A stretch of 64,000 nt of DNA from Thiobacillaceae bacterium (GTDB lineage: Bacteria > Pseudomonadota > Gammaproteobacteria > Burkholderiales > Thiobacillaceae): the NCBI GenBank assembly GCA_035325585.1, contig DAOKZP010000007.1, positions 11,604-75,603 of the forward strand, in the 5' to 3' direction. Under the pieces are notes generated by a model that was not told where the DNA came from, searched no databases, and was given only the letters and a program-made list of their open reading frames with translations. Made by a program: the position numbers and the translations under genes. This document shows, in pieces, positions 10,715-20,017 of the stretch (position 1 is its first letter; each line of letters opens with the position of its first letter).

Positions 10715-11524
10715 GTGACTGCTCAACGCATCGCCGCCATCCTGCGGGGAAGTTTCCGGCTCAGCCGGCTGACGCTGCATCTCGCCTGGGGCGTCGTGCT
10801 GGTTGCGTTCGCCTTCCCGCCGATGCGCGGAGCGACGCGCGATCGCGTCATCATGAACTGGTCGCAGCGCCTGCTCGGCGTGCTGGGCGTCGAGGTCAGG
10901 ATCGGCGCGGCTCCGGAGGTGGCCAGCGGCGCGCTTCTGGTGAGCAATCATGTGTCCTGGCTCGACATTTATCTCATCCATGCAGCGCGGCGCGTCCATT
11001 TCGTCTCGAAAGCCGAAGTCCGCGCCTGGCCGGTGGCCGGCTGGCTCGCGCACAAGACCGGAACCCTCTTTCTCGAGCGCGGGCGCCGCGCCGACACGGC
11101 CCGGATCAATGCCGAAATGCACGCGCTGATGGAATCCGGCGCCTGGGTGGCGGTCTTTCCCGAGGGAACGACCAGCGACGGCCGAGGCGTGCGGCGCTTC
11201 CTCCCATCCCTGTTGCAGCCTGCGGTCGAACTGGGCCGTCCCGTCGTCCCCGCGGCGCTGCGCTACCGTTCGCGCGACGGTCGTCTCAGCGATGCCGCCG
11301 CGTATATCGACGAGATGAGCCTGTGGACCAGCCTGTGGCGGATCGCGCGCCAGCACGGCCTCGTCGCCGAACTGCATTTTGGCGAGCCCATCCCATCCGA
11401 TCGCCATCGCCGCGAACTGGCGGCCGAATCCGAACGTGCCGTCGCCGGACTTCTCGGGCTCAGCCCGCTGGATCCTGCATCCGCGGGCACGGAATCGAGA
11501 ACACGCGCCGATCTTCCAGCCTGA
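10715..11524 (+). CDS. olsA: Lyso-ornithine lipid / 1-acyl-G3P O-acyltransferase (OlsA/PlsC family)
   Basis: NHVSWLD and FPEGTTSDG motifs; directly downstream of olsB. Confidence 0.8.
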   Translation: MTAQRIAAILRGSFRLSRLTLHLAWGVVLVAFAFPPMRGATRDRVIMNWSQRLLGVLGVEVRIGAAPEVASGALLVSNHVSWLDIYLIHAARRVHFVSKAEVRAWPVAGWLAHKTGTLFLERGRRADTARINAEMHALMESGAWVAVFPEGTTSDGRGVRRFLPSLLQPAVELGRPVVPAALRYRSRDGRLSDAAAYIDEMSLWTSLWRIARQHGLVAELHFGEPIPSDRHRRELAAESERAVAGLLGLSPLDPASAGTESRTRADLPA

Positions 11525-12281
11525 CCGTCGTCAGGCGTCCCCCCCACATGCAGCCCGTGTCGAGGGCGATCAGATCCGGCCGGTTGACGAGTCCGAGCGT
11601 CGACCAATGGCCGATGACGAGGGTCGTGTCCGCGCTGCGGCGACCCGGCACCTCGAACCAGGGCAGCCAGCCGCTCGGTTGCGTACCGGGCGCCCCCTTG
11701 TGATGGAATTCCATCTCGCCCGATGGCGAGCAGTAGCGCAGACGTGTGAAGGCGTTGACGATCACGCGCAGGCGCTCGGCGCCTTCGAGGTCGTCGTCCC
11801 AGGCCGCGGGCGTGTTGCCGTACATCTGCGCGAAGAAATCGCGGAACGCGGGACCCCGCAGGGCCGCCTCGATTTCGGCCGCCCGCGCCATCGCGTCGTC
11901 CGGGGTCCAGGCGGGCAGTACGCCGGCATGGACCATGAGGAAGCCGGACTCGCGCCAGGCGAGCTTCCGCCCGCGCAGCCAGAAGAGCAGTTCGTCGCGA
12001 TCGGGCGCGGCGAGAATGGCGGCGAGGGTGTCGCTCCGATGCGGGCGGCCGTAGCCTGCGGCCAGCGAGAGGAGGTGCAGGTCATGGTTGCCGAGCACGG
12101 TGACGGCCGCCTCGCCGAGACCTTTCACAAACCGAAGTACCGCAAGCGAATCCGGGCCGCGGTTGACCAGGTCGCCCACGAACCGCAGGCGATCGGCCGC
12201 AGGGTCGAAGTTCAGTTCGTCCAGAAGACGCAACAGGGAGGCGTGGCACCCCTGAAGGTCGCCAATGGCGTAGGTAGGCAT
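11460..12281 (-). CDS. apaH: Symmetrical diadenosine tetraphosphatase (start reassigned to [11 protein letters not shown])
   Basis: Motifs [25 protein letters not shown] and LDTGC.WGG. Confidence 0.96.
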   Translation of the reverse strand: MPTYAIGDLQGCHASLLRLLDELNFDPAADRLRFVGDLVNRGPDSLAVLRFVKGLGEAAVTVLGNHDLHLLSLAAGYGRPHRSDTLAAILAAPDRDELLFWLRGRKLAWRESGFLMVHAGVLPAWTPDDAMARAAEIEAALRGPAFRDFFAQMYGNTPAAWDDDLEGAERLRVIVNAFTRLRYCSPSGEMEFHHKGAPGTQPSGWLPWFEVPGRRSADTTLVIGHWSTLGLVNRPDLIALDTGCMWGGRLTTVRLEDRRVFSIPCPRMQDPAG

Positions 12282-12363
12282 ATAGAATAGGGTCTCGTCC
12301 TGCGCTGATGTTTTCGCATCATAGCGCCCGCGCTTCAACTTCTCTTGCCTGGCCCCGCCGTCG

Positions 12364-12765
12364 ATGAAACCCCTGATTCGAATGTTCTTCAAGACGCTGC
12401 GCGTCGTCGTCGCCCCGTTTCTTCTGCTCGGTGACTGGCTCACGCGTCCGAAAGGCATCGTGCGCAGCCCGGAAGAGCAGGAGGCGGTGGATGCGCGTAC
12501 CCGTGCGCTCGCCCTCTACCACTTTCCCACCTGCCCGTTCTGCCTCAAGGTCCGCCGCGTGATGCGGCGCCTGTCGCTCGACATCGAACTGCGCGACGCG
12601 AAAAACGTCGACGCCCACCGTGCGGCGCTGATTGCGGGGGGCGGCAAGGCGCAAGTGCCGTGCCTGCTCATCAGCGGCGAGAACGGGGAACAGACCTGGC
12701 TTTACGAGTCGGATGCCATCAATGCGTGGCTGAACCGGGAGTTCGGCGGTTCGGCCACCGCATGA
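12364..12765 (+). CDS. Glutaredoxin / GST-N domain protein
   Basis: CPFC, QVPCL and LYES..I motifs. Confidence 0.85.
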   Translation: MKPLIRMFFKTLRVVVAPFLLLGDWLTRPKGIVRSPEEQEAVDARTRALALYHFPTCPFCLKVRRVMRRLSLDIELRDAKNVDAHRAALIAGGGKAQVPCLLISGENGEQTWLYESDAINAWLNREFGGSATA

Positions 12766-14744
12766 GCCTGCTGGGAGCGCTGAATCCGCCCCAGCGTGAA
12801 GCGGCGAAGTATCTCGATGGTCCGCTGCTCGTCCTGGCTGGGGCAGGCTCGGGCAAGACGCGCGTCATCACGCACAAGATCGCCTATCTGATCGGCGAAT
12901 GCGGCTACAAGCCCGGTTCGATCGCCGCGATCACTTTTACCAACAAGGCGGCGCAGGAAATGCAGGAACGCGCCGCGCGGCTCACCCAGGGCGTCAACAC
13001 CAAGGGCCTCATCGTCACCACCTTTCATTCGATGGGGCTGAGGATGCTGCGCGAGGAGGCCGTGTCCGCGGGCCTGAAACCCTCCTTTTCCATTCTCGAC
13101 GCGGCCGACGCCATGGGCATCGTCTCGGAGATCCTCAAGACGACCGACAAGCAGGAGATTCGCCGGGCCGTTTCCCGCATTTCGCTGTGGAAAAACGCGC
13201 TGAAATCCCCCGCCGCGGCCCTTGCCGGCGCCGAGGACGACAACGCGCACGCCTACGCCCGCATCTACGATCGCTACGACGCCACGCTGCGGGCGTATCA
13301 GGCGGTCGATTTCGACGACCTCATCCGCCTGCCGGCCGAGCTGCTCGATGCGCACGCCGATGTGCGCGAGAAGTGGCAGAACCGGCTGCGCCACATCCTC
13401 GTCGATGAATATCAGGACACCAACGTCGCGCAATATCAGCTGCTGCGCAAGCTCACCGGCGTGCGTGCCGCGTTCACCGCGGTGGGAGACGACGACCAGG
13501 CGATCTACGGCTGGCGCGGCGCCTCCGCCGACAACCTGCGGCAACTGCGTGAGGATTACCCCCATTTGCACGTGGTCAAGCTCGAACAGAACTACCGCTC
13601 GACCGTGCGCATCCTGCAGGCCGCCAACAGCCTCATCGCCAACAATCCCAAGCTGTTCGAGAAGCGCCTGTGGAGCGAGCTCGGGGTCGGTGATGCGATC
13701 CAGGTGATGCCGGCGCGGGACGACGAACACGAGGCCGAATCGGTCGTGATGCGCCTGCTTTCCCACAAGTTCCAGCACCGCACAGAGTGGCGCGACTACG
13801 CGATCCTCTACCGTGGCAACTACCAGGCGCGCGTGTTCGAGCAGGCCCTGCGGAACGAGAAGGTGCCCTATCAGCTTTCCGGCGGGCAGTCGTTCTTCGA
13901 CCGCGGCGAGATCAAGGACGTCATCGCCTATCTGCGCCTCATCGCGAACAGCGACGACGATCCGGCCTTCATTCGCGCTGCCACGACGCCCAGGCGCGGC
14001 ATCGGCGCCGCAACGCTGGAGAAGCTCGCGCAGGTCGCCGCGACCTTGAAGGTCAGCCTGTTCGAGGCCGCGTTTTCGGCCGCTGCCGCCGCCCAGATCG
14101 GGGAAAGGCAGCTGGCACCCCTGATCGAATTCTGCGAGTTCATCAACCGCATGGAGGCGCGCGTCCCCCGCGAGCCGGCCGGCGAACTGCTCGACGAGCT
14201 GCTGAAGACGATCGGATACGAGGTCCATCTCTTCGATCAGGACGACCAGCGGGCGGCGCAGAACAAATGGAACAACGTCCTGGAGTTCGCGGCGTGGATC
14301 GCGAAGAAGGGCGAGGAGGACGACAAGGATCTGCGGCAACTCACGCAGACCATTGCCCTCATCACCATGCTCGAGGGCCGCGAGAACGAGGAACCCGACG
14401 CGGTGCGGCTGTCGACCCTCCACGCCTCGAAGGGGCTGGAATTCGGCCACGTGTTCCTGGTCGGGGTGGAGGAGAACATCCTGCCGCATCGCGACGCCGT
14501 CGACGAAGGGCGGCTGGAGGAAGAGCGGCGCCTGATGTATGTCGGCGTCACCCGCGCACGCAAGTCGCTCACGCTGTCGTACTGTGCGCGGCGCAAGCGC
14601 GCACGGGAGACCGTCGCCTGCGATCCCTCGCGTTTTATCGAGGAACTCGGCGAGGCGGTGCGTCCGCCGGAAAAGCCCGGCGATGCGGAAGCCAAGGCGC
14701 ACGGCAGCGACCGTCTCGCCGCGCTGAAGGCGATGCTGGGCTAG
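12762..14744 (+). CDS. rep: ATP-dependent DNA helicase Rep (start reassigned to [11 protein letters not shown])
   Basis: Motifs AGAGSGKT, DEYQDTN, VGDDDQAIYGWRGA, LEQNYRS, TLHASKGLEF and EERRLMYVGVTRA. Confidence 0.93.
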   Translation: MSLLGALNPPQREAAKYLDGPLLVLAGAGSGKTRVITHKIAYLIGECGYKPGSIAAITFTNKAAQEMQERAARLTQGVNTKGLIVTTFHSMGLRMLREEAVSAGLKPSFSILDAADAMGIVSEILKTTDKQEIRRAVSRISLWKNALKSPAAALAGAEDDNAHAYARIYDRYDATLRAYQAVDFDDLIRLPAELLDAHADVREKWQNRLRHILVDEYQDTNVAQYQLLRKLTGVRAAFTAVGDDDQAIYGWRGASADNLRQLREDYPHLHVVKLEQNYRSTVRILQAANSLIANNPKLFEKRLWSELGVGDAIQVMPARDDEHEAESVVMRLLSHKFQHRTEWRDYAILYRGNYQARVFEQALRNEKVPYQLSGGQSFFDRGEIKDVIAYLRLIANSDDDPAFIRAATTPRRGIGAATLEKLAQVAATLKVSLFEAAFSAAAAAQIGERQLAPLIEFCEFINRMEARVPREPAGELLDELLKTIGYEVHLFDQDDQRAAQNKWNNVLEFAAWIAKKGEEDDKDLRQLTQTIALITMLEGRENEEPDAVRLSTLHASKGLEFGHVFLVGVEENILPHRDAVDEGRLEEERRLMYVGVTRARKSLTLSYCARRKRARETVACDPSRFIEELGEAVRPPEKPGDAEAKAHGSDRLAALKAMLG

Positions 14745-14964
14745 ACGTCACGTGTCTGCGGCCGTCGTGACCGCGACGTCGCCTTCTGCGGCGCTCGCGC
14801 GCTGGTTCCACGAAATTTGAAGGACGCAGGGCGCAAAACCATCCCCACCCCCCGCGCAATTGCGCCCCCATGCTTCCGGCGCGCTGCGAAGCTTCCGACA
14901 ATGTAGCGTGCGCGGCACGCATTCTCGAAGCGGCTTTTTGTTTGCCGCTGACAGAGCCTCGTGG

Positions 14965-14987
14965 CTACGACTACGACTACGACTACG
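14965..14987 (+). repeat. Short tandem repeat (CTACGA)n, about 4 units
   Basis: ctacga ctacga ctacga ctacg read directly from the sequence. Confidence 0.8.
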
Positions 14988-15113
14988 GCGAGGATGATTT
15001 GGATGGAATTTGATGGTGCGCCGGAAGCGCGTGCGGACCCAGCCAGCACGATATCCGGTCGAGGTGGCTGGGCTGCCACGCTCGGAGCGCTTTTTTCGGC
15101 CGGGTGATCGGCG

Positions 15114-15145
15114 AAAAAAAGCGGCGACCGAAGTCGCCGCTTTTT
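15114..15145. terminator. Bidirectional rho-independent terminator
   Basis: A7-GCGGCGAC-CGAA-GTCGCCGC-T5; 25 nt downstream of the minus-strand PEP-CTERM gene. Confidence 0.9.
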
Positions 15146-15169
15146 ACCGGGAACCCGGCTTTATGCGAC

Positions 15170-16345
15170 TCAGGCCTTGCGGCGGCGCATCGCGGCGAAG
15201 CCGAGGAGCGCGCTGCCCAGAAGGGCGAGCGTTGCGGGCTCGGACACAGTCGTTACGCGCGGCATGGAGCCGATGAAGAGCTGCTCGTAGCCGTTGTTGA
15301 GGCTGCGGCCGTGGTTGCCGGCCGATCCCGTGCATGAGGTGTTCGGGTCGGTGTTGGGGTCGCAGCCCATGCGCCAGTCGAGGCTCAGCACGTCGTAGCC
15401 GCCGAAGTCGGCCAGCGCCAGGATGTCGTTCAGCGCCGGGAACACCACCGCGTACACCGCTTGGTTCGCGCCCAGGTTGTGGTTGATGGGGCCGCCGACT
15501 GCATCCGGACTGGTGCACGAAACCACCGACATGGTCGCCGTGTAGCACAGCGCGCCGCCGGAGAGCACGTAATCGGTCGCGTTGTTATCGCCCGCAAGCG
15601 GCCCGGTCGGGGTGCCGAGCGTGCCGCTACCGGCCGTGCCGTTGAGCACGCCGCCGCCGCCTTCCGAAACCAGCGCGTACTTGCCGCCGCCGTTGGTGAA
15701 GTAGAGGGTCAGCGGATCCAGCGCGCCCTGGTCGTCATACAGCGTCAGTGCGGCCCAGATCGCCAGGTTCTGGTTTTCCGCATCGCCGGAGCTGACCTGG
15801 TTGTTGTTGAAGAAGAACACGGGGGAGCCGTTGTTCGTGTAGTCGTTCAACGAGGTGAGGCGCACGTCCCAGGTGTCGGCCGCGTCGCCGCTGAACTCGT
15901 TCGTGCCGCCGGGATCGTTCGGCAGCAGGCAGTTGTTCGTGCCGCACAGACCGGTGTAGGCCGTCTTGTTGGTGCTGAAGAACTCGAGTCCGCTGGAGTT
16001 GGGCGTCGGGTACGCGTTGTCCATGCCGGGGAAGTTGGTGTTGATCGGGCCGCCCCTCGCGCCGGTGCCGATCACGGTCAGATCCTTGATCGCACCCGGC
16101 GACGAATTCACATAGTACGGGTTGCCCGGGGTGATCGAGTTGGACGTCGTTCCGTTGTTGTAGTAGTCGTACAGGATGCCCAGCACGGGCAGGGAATAGG
16201 AGTTTCCGTCCCCGTAGGTGACGTAGGGCGCCGGAATGTTCGTGCCTTCGATGTAGGTCAGATCGAGGGCGCTGGCGAGCGGGGCGCCGCCGACGCCTGC
16301 AAGTGCGAACGCTGACAGGGCGGCGAGTTGCTTGAGGTCTTTCAT
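15170..16345 (-). CDS. PEP-CTERM sorting-domain surface protein (VSEP variant)
   Basis: Signal peptide MKDLKQLAALSAFALAG...ASA; Asn/Gly/Thr-rich body; C-terminus VSEPATLALLGSALLGFAAMRRRKA. Confidence 0.92.
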   Translation of the reverse strand: MKDLKQLAALSAFALAGVGGAPLASALDLTYIEGTNIPAPYVTYGDGNSYSLPVLGILYDYYNNGTTSNSITPGNPYYVNSSPGAIKDLTVIGTGARGGPINTNFPGMDNAYPTPNSSGLEFFSTNKTAYTGLCGTNNCLLPNDPGGTNEFSGDAADTWDVRLTSLNDYTNNGSPVFFFNNNQVSSGDAENQNLAIWAALTLYDDQGALDPLTLYFTNGGGKYALVSEGGGGVLNGTAGSGTLGTPTGPLAGDNNATDYVLSGGALCYTATMSVVSCTSPDAVGGPINHNLGANQAVYAVVFPALNDILALADFGGYDVLSLDWRMGCDPNTDPNTSCTGSAGNHGRSLNNGYEQLFIGSMPRVTTVSEPATLALLGSALLGFAAMRRRKA

Positions 16346-16411
16346 CGAGATTCTCCCGGAGTGGGTTCTTAATTGCCGTTGCGTCATGGTATACGGGCTT
16401 GCCTACCTACA

Positions 16412-16427
16412 AGCAACGTCGGTGCCA
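16412..16427 (-). promoter_or_regulatory. Sigma54 (-24/-12) promoter of PEP-CTERM gene 1
   Basis: Minus strand reads TGGCAC-CGACG-TTGCT, a consensus match. Confidence 0.9.
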
Positions 16428-16491
16428 GAAATAAATTTACCTTATATAACAATCGGCTATACGATTTCGTCCCGATGGCGTCTGACGCTCT

Positions 16492-16508
16492 TGTAAAGAA
16501 AACCGACG
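16492..16508 (-). promoter_or_regulatory. Putative PrsR enhancer (PEP-CTERM box)
   Basis: Minus strand CGTCGGTTTTCTTTACA, 64 nt upstream of TGGCAC; matches the motif at 26853. Confidence 0.8.
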
Positions 16509-16605
16509 ATTTGGATGGCGCGGTGCGTGAGCGTTTGTCCGCACGGTGCCAGGCGCCGGTCAGCCTGACGCACCCCGTACCGGCGCCGTGTGACGGCTCT
16601 GCCGA

Positions 16606-18093
16606 TCAGAAGTTGTAGCGCACCTCGGTGTAGACCCGGTCGCGGTCCGCGTAGGGGCCGAACAGGCCGTCGGCAGGACCGTCAAGAATGTCGACGCCCG
16701 CAGCGAGGCGCCAGTTGCCGTCGGGTTTCCAGTTCAGCTTGAACTGAGCCAGCCAGTCGGTGCGGTTGAGGCTGTGGATGAGGAAGATCTCGGGTTCGAG
16801 CCTCGGGTGCAGGGCCTGGGTGCTGAAGAGGAACGAGACGCCGCTCTCGGTCGCATCCTGGACCATGCCGGCATCGTGGTCGGGGAACCAGCGCTGGAAG
16901 AACTGGACGTTGAAGCGCGTCTCCTCGGGAAAGCTCCACTCCAGGCCGATCACGTAGTCGAGCAGATCCTGCCGCACCAGCGCGTCGGCGTCGCGCGGAT
17001 CGGCCGTGTAGAAGAGCTTGTCGCGGGTGTACACCGCCTCCGCCTTCAGCACCATCGGCCCCAGATCCTTGCCCAGTGTCGCGCCGAATTGGCGGATGCG
17101 ATCGTGGAAGGGACGGTAGAAGATCGCCGTCGGCGTGATTTCGCGCGCGAAGGCCGGCGCGGGATCGTTGGTGTCGTAATAGAAGCCGGCGACGTCCCAT
17201 CCGTTGCGCAGCCAGGAAAGCCGCAGGCCGTAGGCGGATTCGTCGAGCCCGACCGGCTGCTTTTCCTGTGCGATGATGGTCTGGAACCCCGGCACCGGGG
17301 GCGGCATGAAGGGATAGAACTCGGCGCCGGGCTTGCCGATGTCGTCATAGGTCATGTAGGGAATCCACACCGCTTCGGCATGGAAGTCGCCGGCAAAGTA
17401 CTCGGCGCGCGCCGCCCATTGCGGGATGCGGATCATGTCGAAATCCGGCAGCACCAGCTGGCGCATGTCCTTCGCCGACACGACGTCGGCGAAGAAGAGG
17501 CCGACCATTTCACCCCAGATGATGTGCTGGCGGCCGAGGCGGAATTCCCAATCGCCCGCGCCGATGTCGAGATAGGCTTCCCGGATCATCGCCTCGAAGC
17601 GCTGGTCGTCCCGCACCGCCGCGGGATAGTGGTCGGTCAGGTCGTAGATCGGGTCGTAATATGCCCGGCCGCCGAGTTTCCAGCCGATCCCGCCTGCGGT
17701 GCGGCCTTGGCCCGCGATGTCGAGCGTATTGTTGAAGCGTGACCAGTGCGCATCGCCGGCGTAGGTGTAGGCGAGGTCGTTTCCATAGAAACCCGACAGC
17801 GTCGGGCGGCCGGGATCGCTTGCCTCCGCGGTGGAACCGACGAGCGAGGGCAGAGCGTCGGTGTCGGCGGTCGGCGTCGGAATCGCGGGTACTGCGGCGG
17901 GAGCCGGCGTGGCCGGGGCCTCGGGCGCCGCAGGCGGGGGTGCCGGCGGGCCGCCGAAGAGGTCGTCGATCGATTGCTGCGCAAGGAGGTAGCGCTCGCC
18001 CGGATCCGTCCCGGCCGATGCGGCGCCGGCGACGGCGCTCAGGACGAGCGCGGCGGACAATCCGGCAGCGCGGGAACGAAGGGTCGATGTCAT
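16606..18093 (-). CDS. Outer-membrane beta-barrel protein (DUF1302-like)
   Basis: Signal peptide, Pro/Ala linker, REAY.D....W..RLGRQ.IIWG, aromatic alternating strands, C-terminal YTEVRYNF beta-signal. Confidence 0.75.
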   Translation of the reverse strand: MTSTLRSRAAGLSAALVLSAVAGAASAGTDPGERYLLAQQSIDDLFGGPPAPPPAAPEAPATPAPAAVPAIPTPTADTDALPSLVGSTAEASDPGRPTLSGFYGNDLAYTYAGDAHWSRFNNTLDIAGQGRTAGGIGWKLGGRAYYDPIYDLTDHYPAAVRDDQRFEAMIREAYLDIGAGDWEFRLGRQHIIWGEMVGLFFADVVSAKDMRQLVLPDFDMIRIPQWAARAEYFAGDFHAEAVWIPYMTYDDIGKPGAEFYPFMPPPVPGFQTIIAQEKQPVGLDESAYGLRLSWLRNGWDVAGFYYDTNDPAPAFAREITPTAIFYRPFHDRIRQFGATLGKDLGPMVLKAEAVYTRDKLFYTADPRDADALVRQDLLDYVIGLEWSFPEETRFNVQFFQRWFPDHDAGMVQDATESGVSFLFSTQALHPRLEPEIFLIHSLNRTDWLAQFKLNWKPDGNWRLAAGVDILDGPADGLFGPYADRDRVYTEVRYNF

Positions 18094-18099
18094 GGCGTG

Positions 18100-19083
18100 C
18101 TACTCCGCGATCCGGCCGTCGGCCAGTCCGATCACGCGGTCGGCCATCTCCATGACCCGCGCGTCGTGAGTGGAAAAGATGAAGGTCGTGCCTTCTTCCT
18201 GGTTGAGCTGTTTCATCAGCGCGAGGATGTCCTCGCCGGTCTTGTGGTCGAGGTTGGCCGTGGGTTCGTCGGCGAGCACGATCTTCGGCTGCGTCGCCAG
18301 TGCGCGTGCGATCGCGACGCGCTGGCGCTGCCCGCCGCTCAGCTCGTTGGGCCGATGGTGGGCATGCCCGGCGAGCCCCACGACCTCGAGGTAGCGCTCG
18401 ACCCGCTTGCGGCGCGCACCTGCGTCGACGTCGCGTTTCTGCAGCAGCGGATATTCCACGTTTTCCCAGGTGGAGAGCACCGGCAGCAGATTGAAGGTCT
18501 GGAACACGAAGCCGAGCGTGTCGAGCCGAAGGTCGGCCAGTTCGTCCGCCGATTTGCCGCTGACGTCCTGGCCTTCGATGGAGACGCGCCCCGAACTGGG
18601 CGTGTCGATGCAGCCGATCAGGTTCAGCAGGGTCGATTTGCCGCTGCCCGACGGACCGGCAAGCGCCAGGAACTCGCCACGCGCGACGCGGAGCGATACG
18701 TCTTCGAGCGCCGTCACCACCTGGTTTCCGAGGGCGTAATGCTTGCTGACATCCTCGACGAGCACGACCGCTTCCGCCGCTTCGGCCGCGTCCGCGGCGT
18801 CGTCCACGTATTCGAGCACGAAACGATGGATGCCGATGCGGTCGCCATGCTTGAGCGCGATGCGCCGGACCTTGGCGTCGTTGACGAACACGGCGTTCGT
18901 GCTGCCCAGGTCCTCGATGTAGAAGGTGTCGCCGTCACGGGTAAGGAGTGCATGCCGGCGGCTGACCTTGGGCGATTGCAGGCGGATCTCGCATTCCGAC
19001 GCGCGGCCGATGCGAAGGCGCGGCTTGCGCAGGCCGATTTCGCGCGTCTGCTGCTGCTCTTCGTAGATCAGGAGTTTGGCCAT
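18100..19083 (-). CDS. FHA-domain / ABC ATPase fusion (LolD/MacB-type)
   Basis: FHA: IGR...SRRHA...DLGSTN. ATPase: GPSGSGKST, LGFVFQTFNL, LSGGQRQRVAIARAL, LADEPTANLD, STHD. Confidence 0.92.
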   Translation of the reverse strand: MAKLLIYEEQQQTREIGLRKPRLRIGRASECEIRLQSPKVSRRHALLTRDGDTFYIEDLGSTNAVFVNDAKVRRIALKHGDRIGIHRFVLEYVDDAADAAEAAEAVVLVEDVSKHYALGNQVVTALEDVSLRVARGEFLALAGPSGSGKSTLLNLIGCIDTPSSGRVSIEGQDVSGKSADELADLRLDTLGFVFQTFNLLPVLSTWENVEYPLLQKRDVDAGARRKRVERYLEVVGLAGHAHHRPNELSGGQRQRVAIARALATQPKIVLADEPTANLDHKTGEDILALMKQLNQEEGTTFIFSTHDARVMEMADRVIGLADGRIAE

Positions 19084-19187
19084 GACGGGAGGTGGCGGTC
19101 ATCCGCTTGTCGTTGGCCTGCGCGATGCGCAGGCAGACTGAATATTAGTCGATAATGCCGGCTGAATCGCGCTACCTGAAGATCGCC

Positions 19188-20000
19188 ATGCTTTTCGCCA
19201 AACGCTCCGTCAGATTCTCGCCACGCAACCGCGTCGGGTCGCGCCGCGCCGGCATCCGCGCCGGGATCGCTCTGCTGTGCTTCGTGGCCGGGGGGGCGAT
19301 GGCCGCTGATGCTCCGGCGACGGACGCGCAGGCGCGCGAACTGCTGTCTCGTGCGGACCGGATCCGCTTTCCCGAGGAAGGTTTCCAGGTCGACGTCACC
19401 ATCACCAGCCACGCCCCGGGCCGGGAGCCGGAAGAGCGCGCCTACCGCATCCTATCCAAGGGCAACACTCGGACCCTGGTGCAGACCACGGCGCCGGCCA
19501 CCGAGCGCGACCAGATCCTGCTCATGCGGGAGCGCGACCTGTGGGCGTTCCTGCCCAATCTCTCGCAGCCGGTCCGGCTGCCGCTTTCGCAGCGGCTGAC
19601 CGGGCAAGTGGCCAACGGCGACCTCGCGCGCGCCAACTTCGCCGGCGACTACGAGCCCAGCATCCTGCGCCGGGAGACACTCGACGGAGAACCCTGCTAC
19701 GTGCTGCAGCTCGATGCGGTCGACAAGTGGGTGACCTATCGCCGGGTGGTCTACTGGGTGGGTGCGAAAGACGATCGGCCGCACAAGGCCGAGTTCTACG
19801 CGGTGTCCGGCCGCCTGCTGAAGACGGCCCATTACCGCGATTTCGAGGTGCTGGGCGGCGCGATCCGCCCGACCCGCATCGTCGTCGACGACGCTCTGAA
19901 AAGCGAGCATCGATCGGAACTGGTCTACCGCAACATGACGGCGCGCGAACTGCCGGATCGGGTCTTCACCAAGGATTACCTCAAGAAGCTGAGCCGCTGA
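19188..20000 (+). CDS. Outer-membrane lipoprotein-sorting (LolA-like) periplasmic protein; start uncertain (19155 or 19188)
   Basis: Signal peptide ending GGAMA; LWAFLP, NGDLAR, EFYAVSGRLLKT and F...YL C-terminus typical of the family. Confidence 0.8.
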   Translation: MLFAKRSVRFSPRNRVGSRRAGIRAGIALLCFVAGGAMAADAPATDAQARELLSRADRIRFPEEGFQVDVTITSHAPGREPEERAYRILSKGNTRTLVQTTAPATERDQILLMRERDLWAFLPNLSQPVRLPLSQRLTGQVANGDLARANFAGDYEPSILRRETLDGEPCYVLQLDAVDKWVTYRRVVYWVGAKDDRPHKAEFYAVSGRLLKTAHYRDFEVLGGAIRPTRIVVDDALKSEHRSELVYRNMTARELPDRVFTKDYLKKLSR

Positions 20001-20017
20001 GTTGCGCGGCGGCGGCG

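Noticed and set aside
11460-11524. Convergent 3' overlaps (olsA/apaH 65 nt; phoR/HIT 38 nt)
   Set aside because: Short tail-to-tail overlaps with low-complexity C-terminal extensions are common in GC-rich genomes; there is no evidence of function.
12702-14702. 666-aa minus-strand ORF, and similar long shadows over gcv, ubiB and mrcA
   Set aside because: These are antisense or alternative frames of well-supported genes, with no domain signatures.
14884-14900. Partial PrsR-box-like sequence (TGTCGGAAGCTTCGCAG, minus strand)
   Set aside because: It lacks the TTTACA half, and there is no sigma54 motif 64 nt away in either direction.
14741-15079. 112-aa minus-strand ORF with a poly-Val stretch
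   Set aside because: The hydrophobic run is just the reverse reading of the (CTACGA)n repeat, and the ORF lies downstream of a minus-strand terminator.
19230-19260. Twin-arginine (Tat) signal in the LolA-like protein (SRRAGI)
   Set aside because: It is a poor match to S/T-R-R-x-F-L-K, Arg-rich N-termini are common at this GC content, and the start codon is uncertain.
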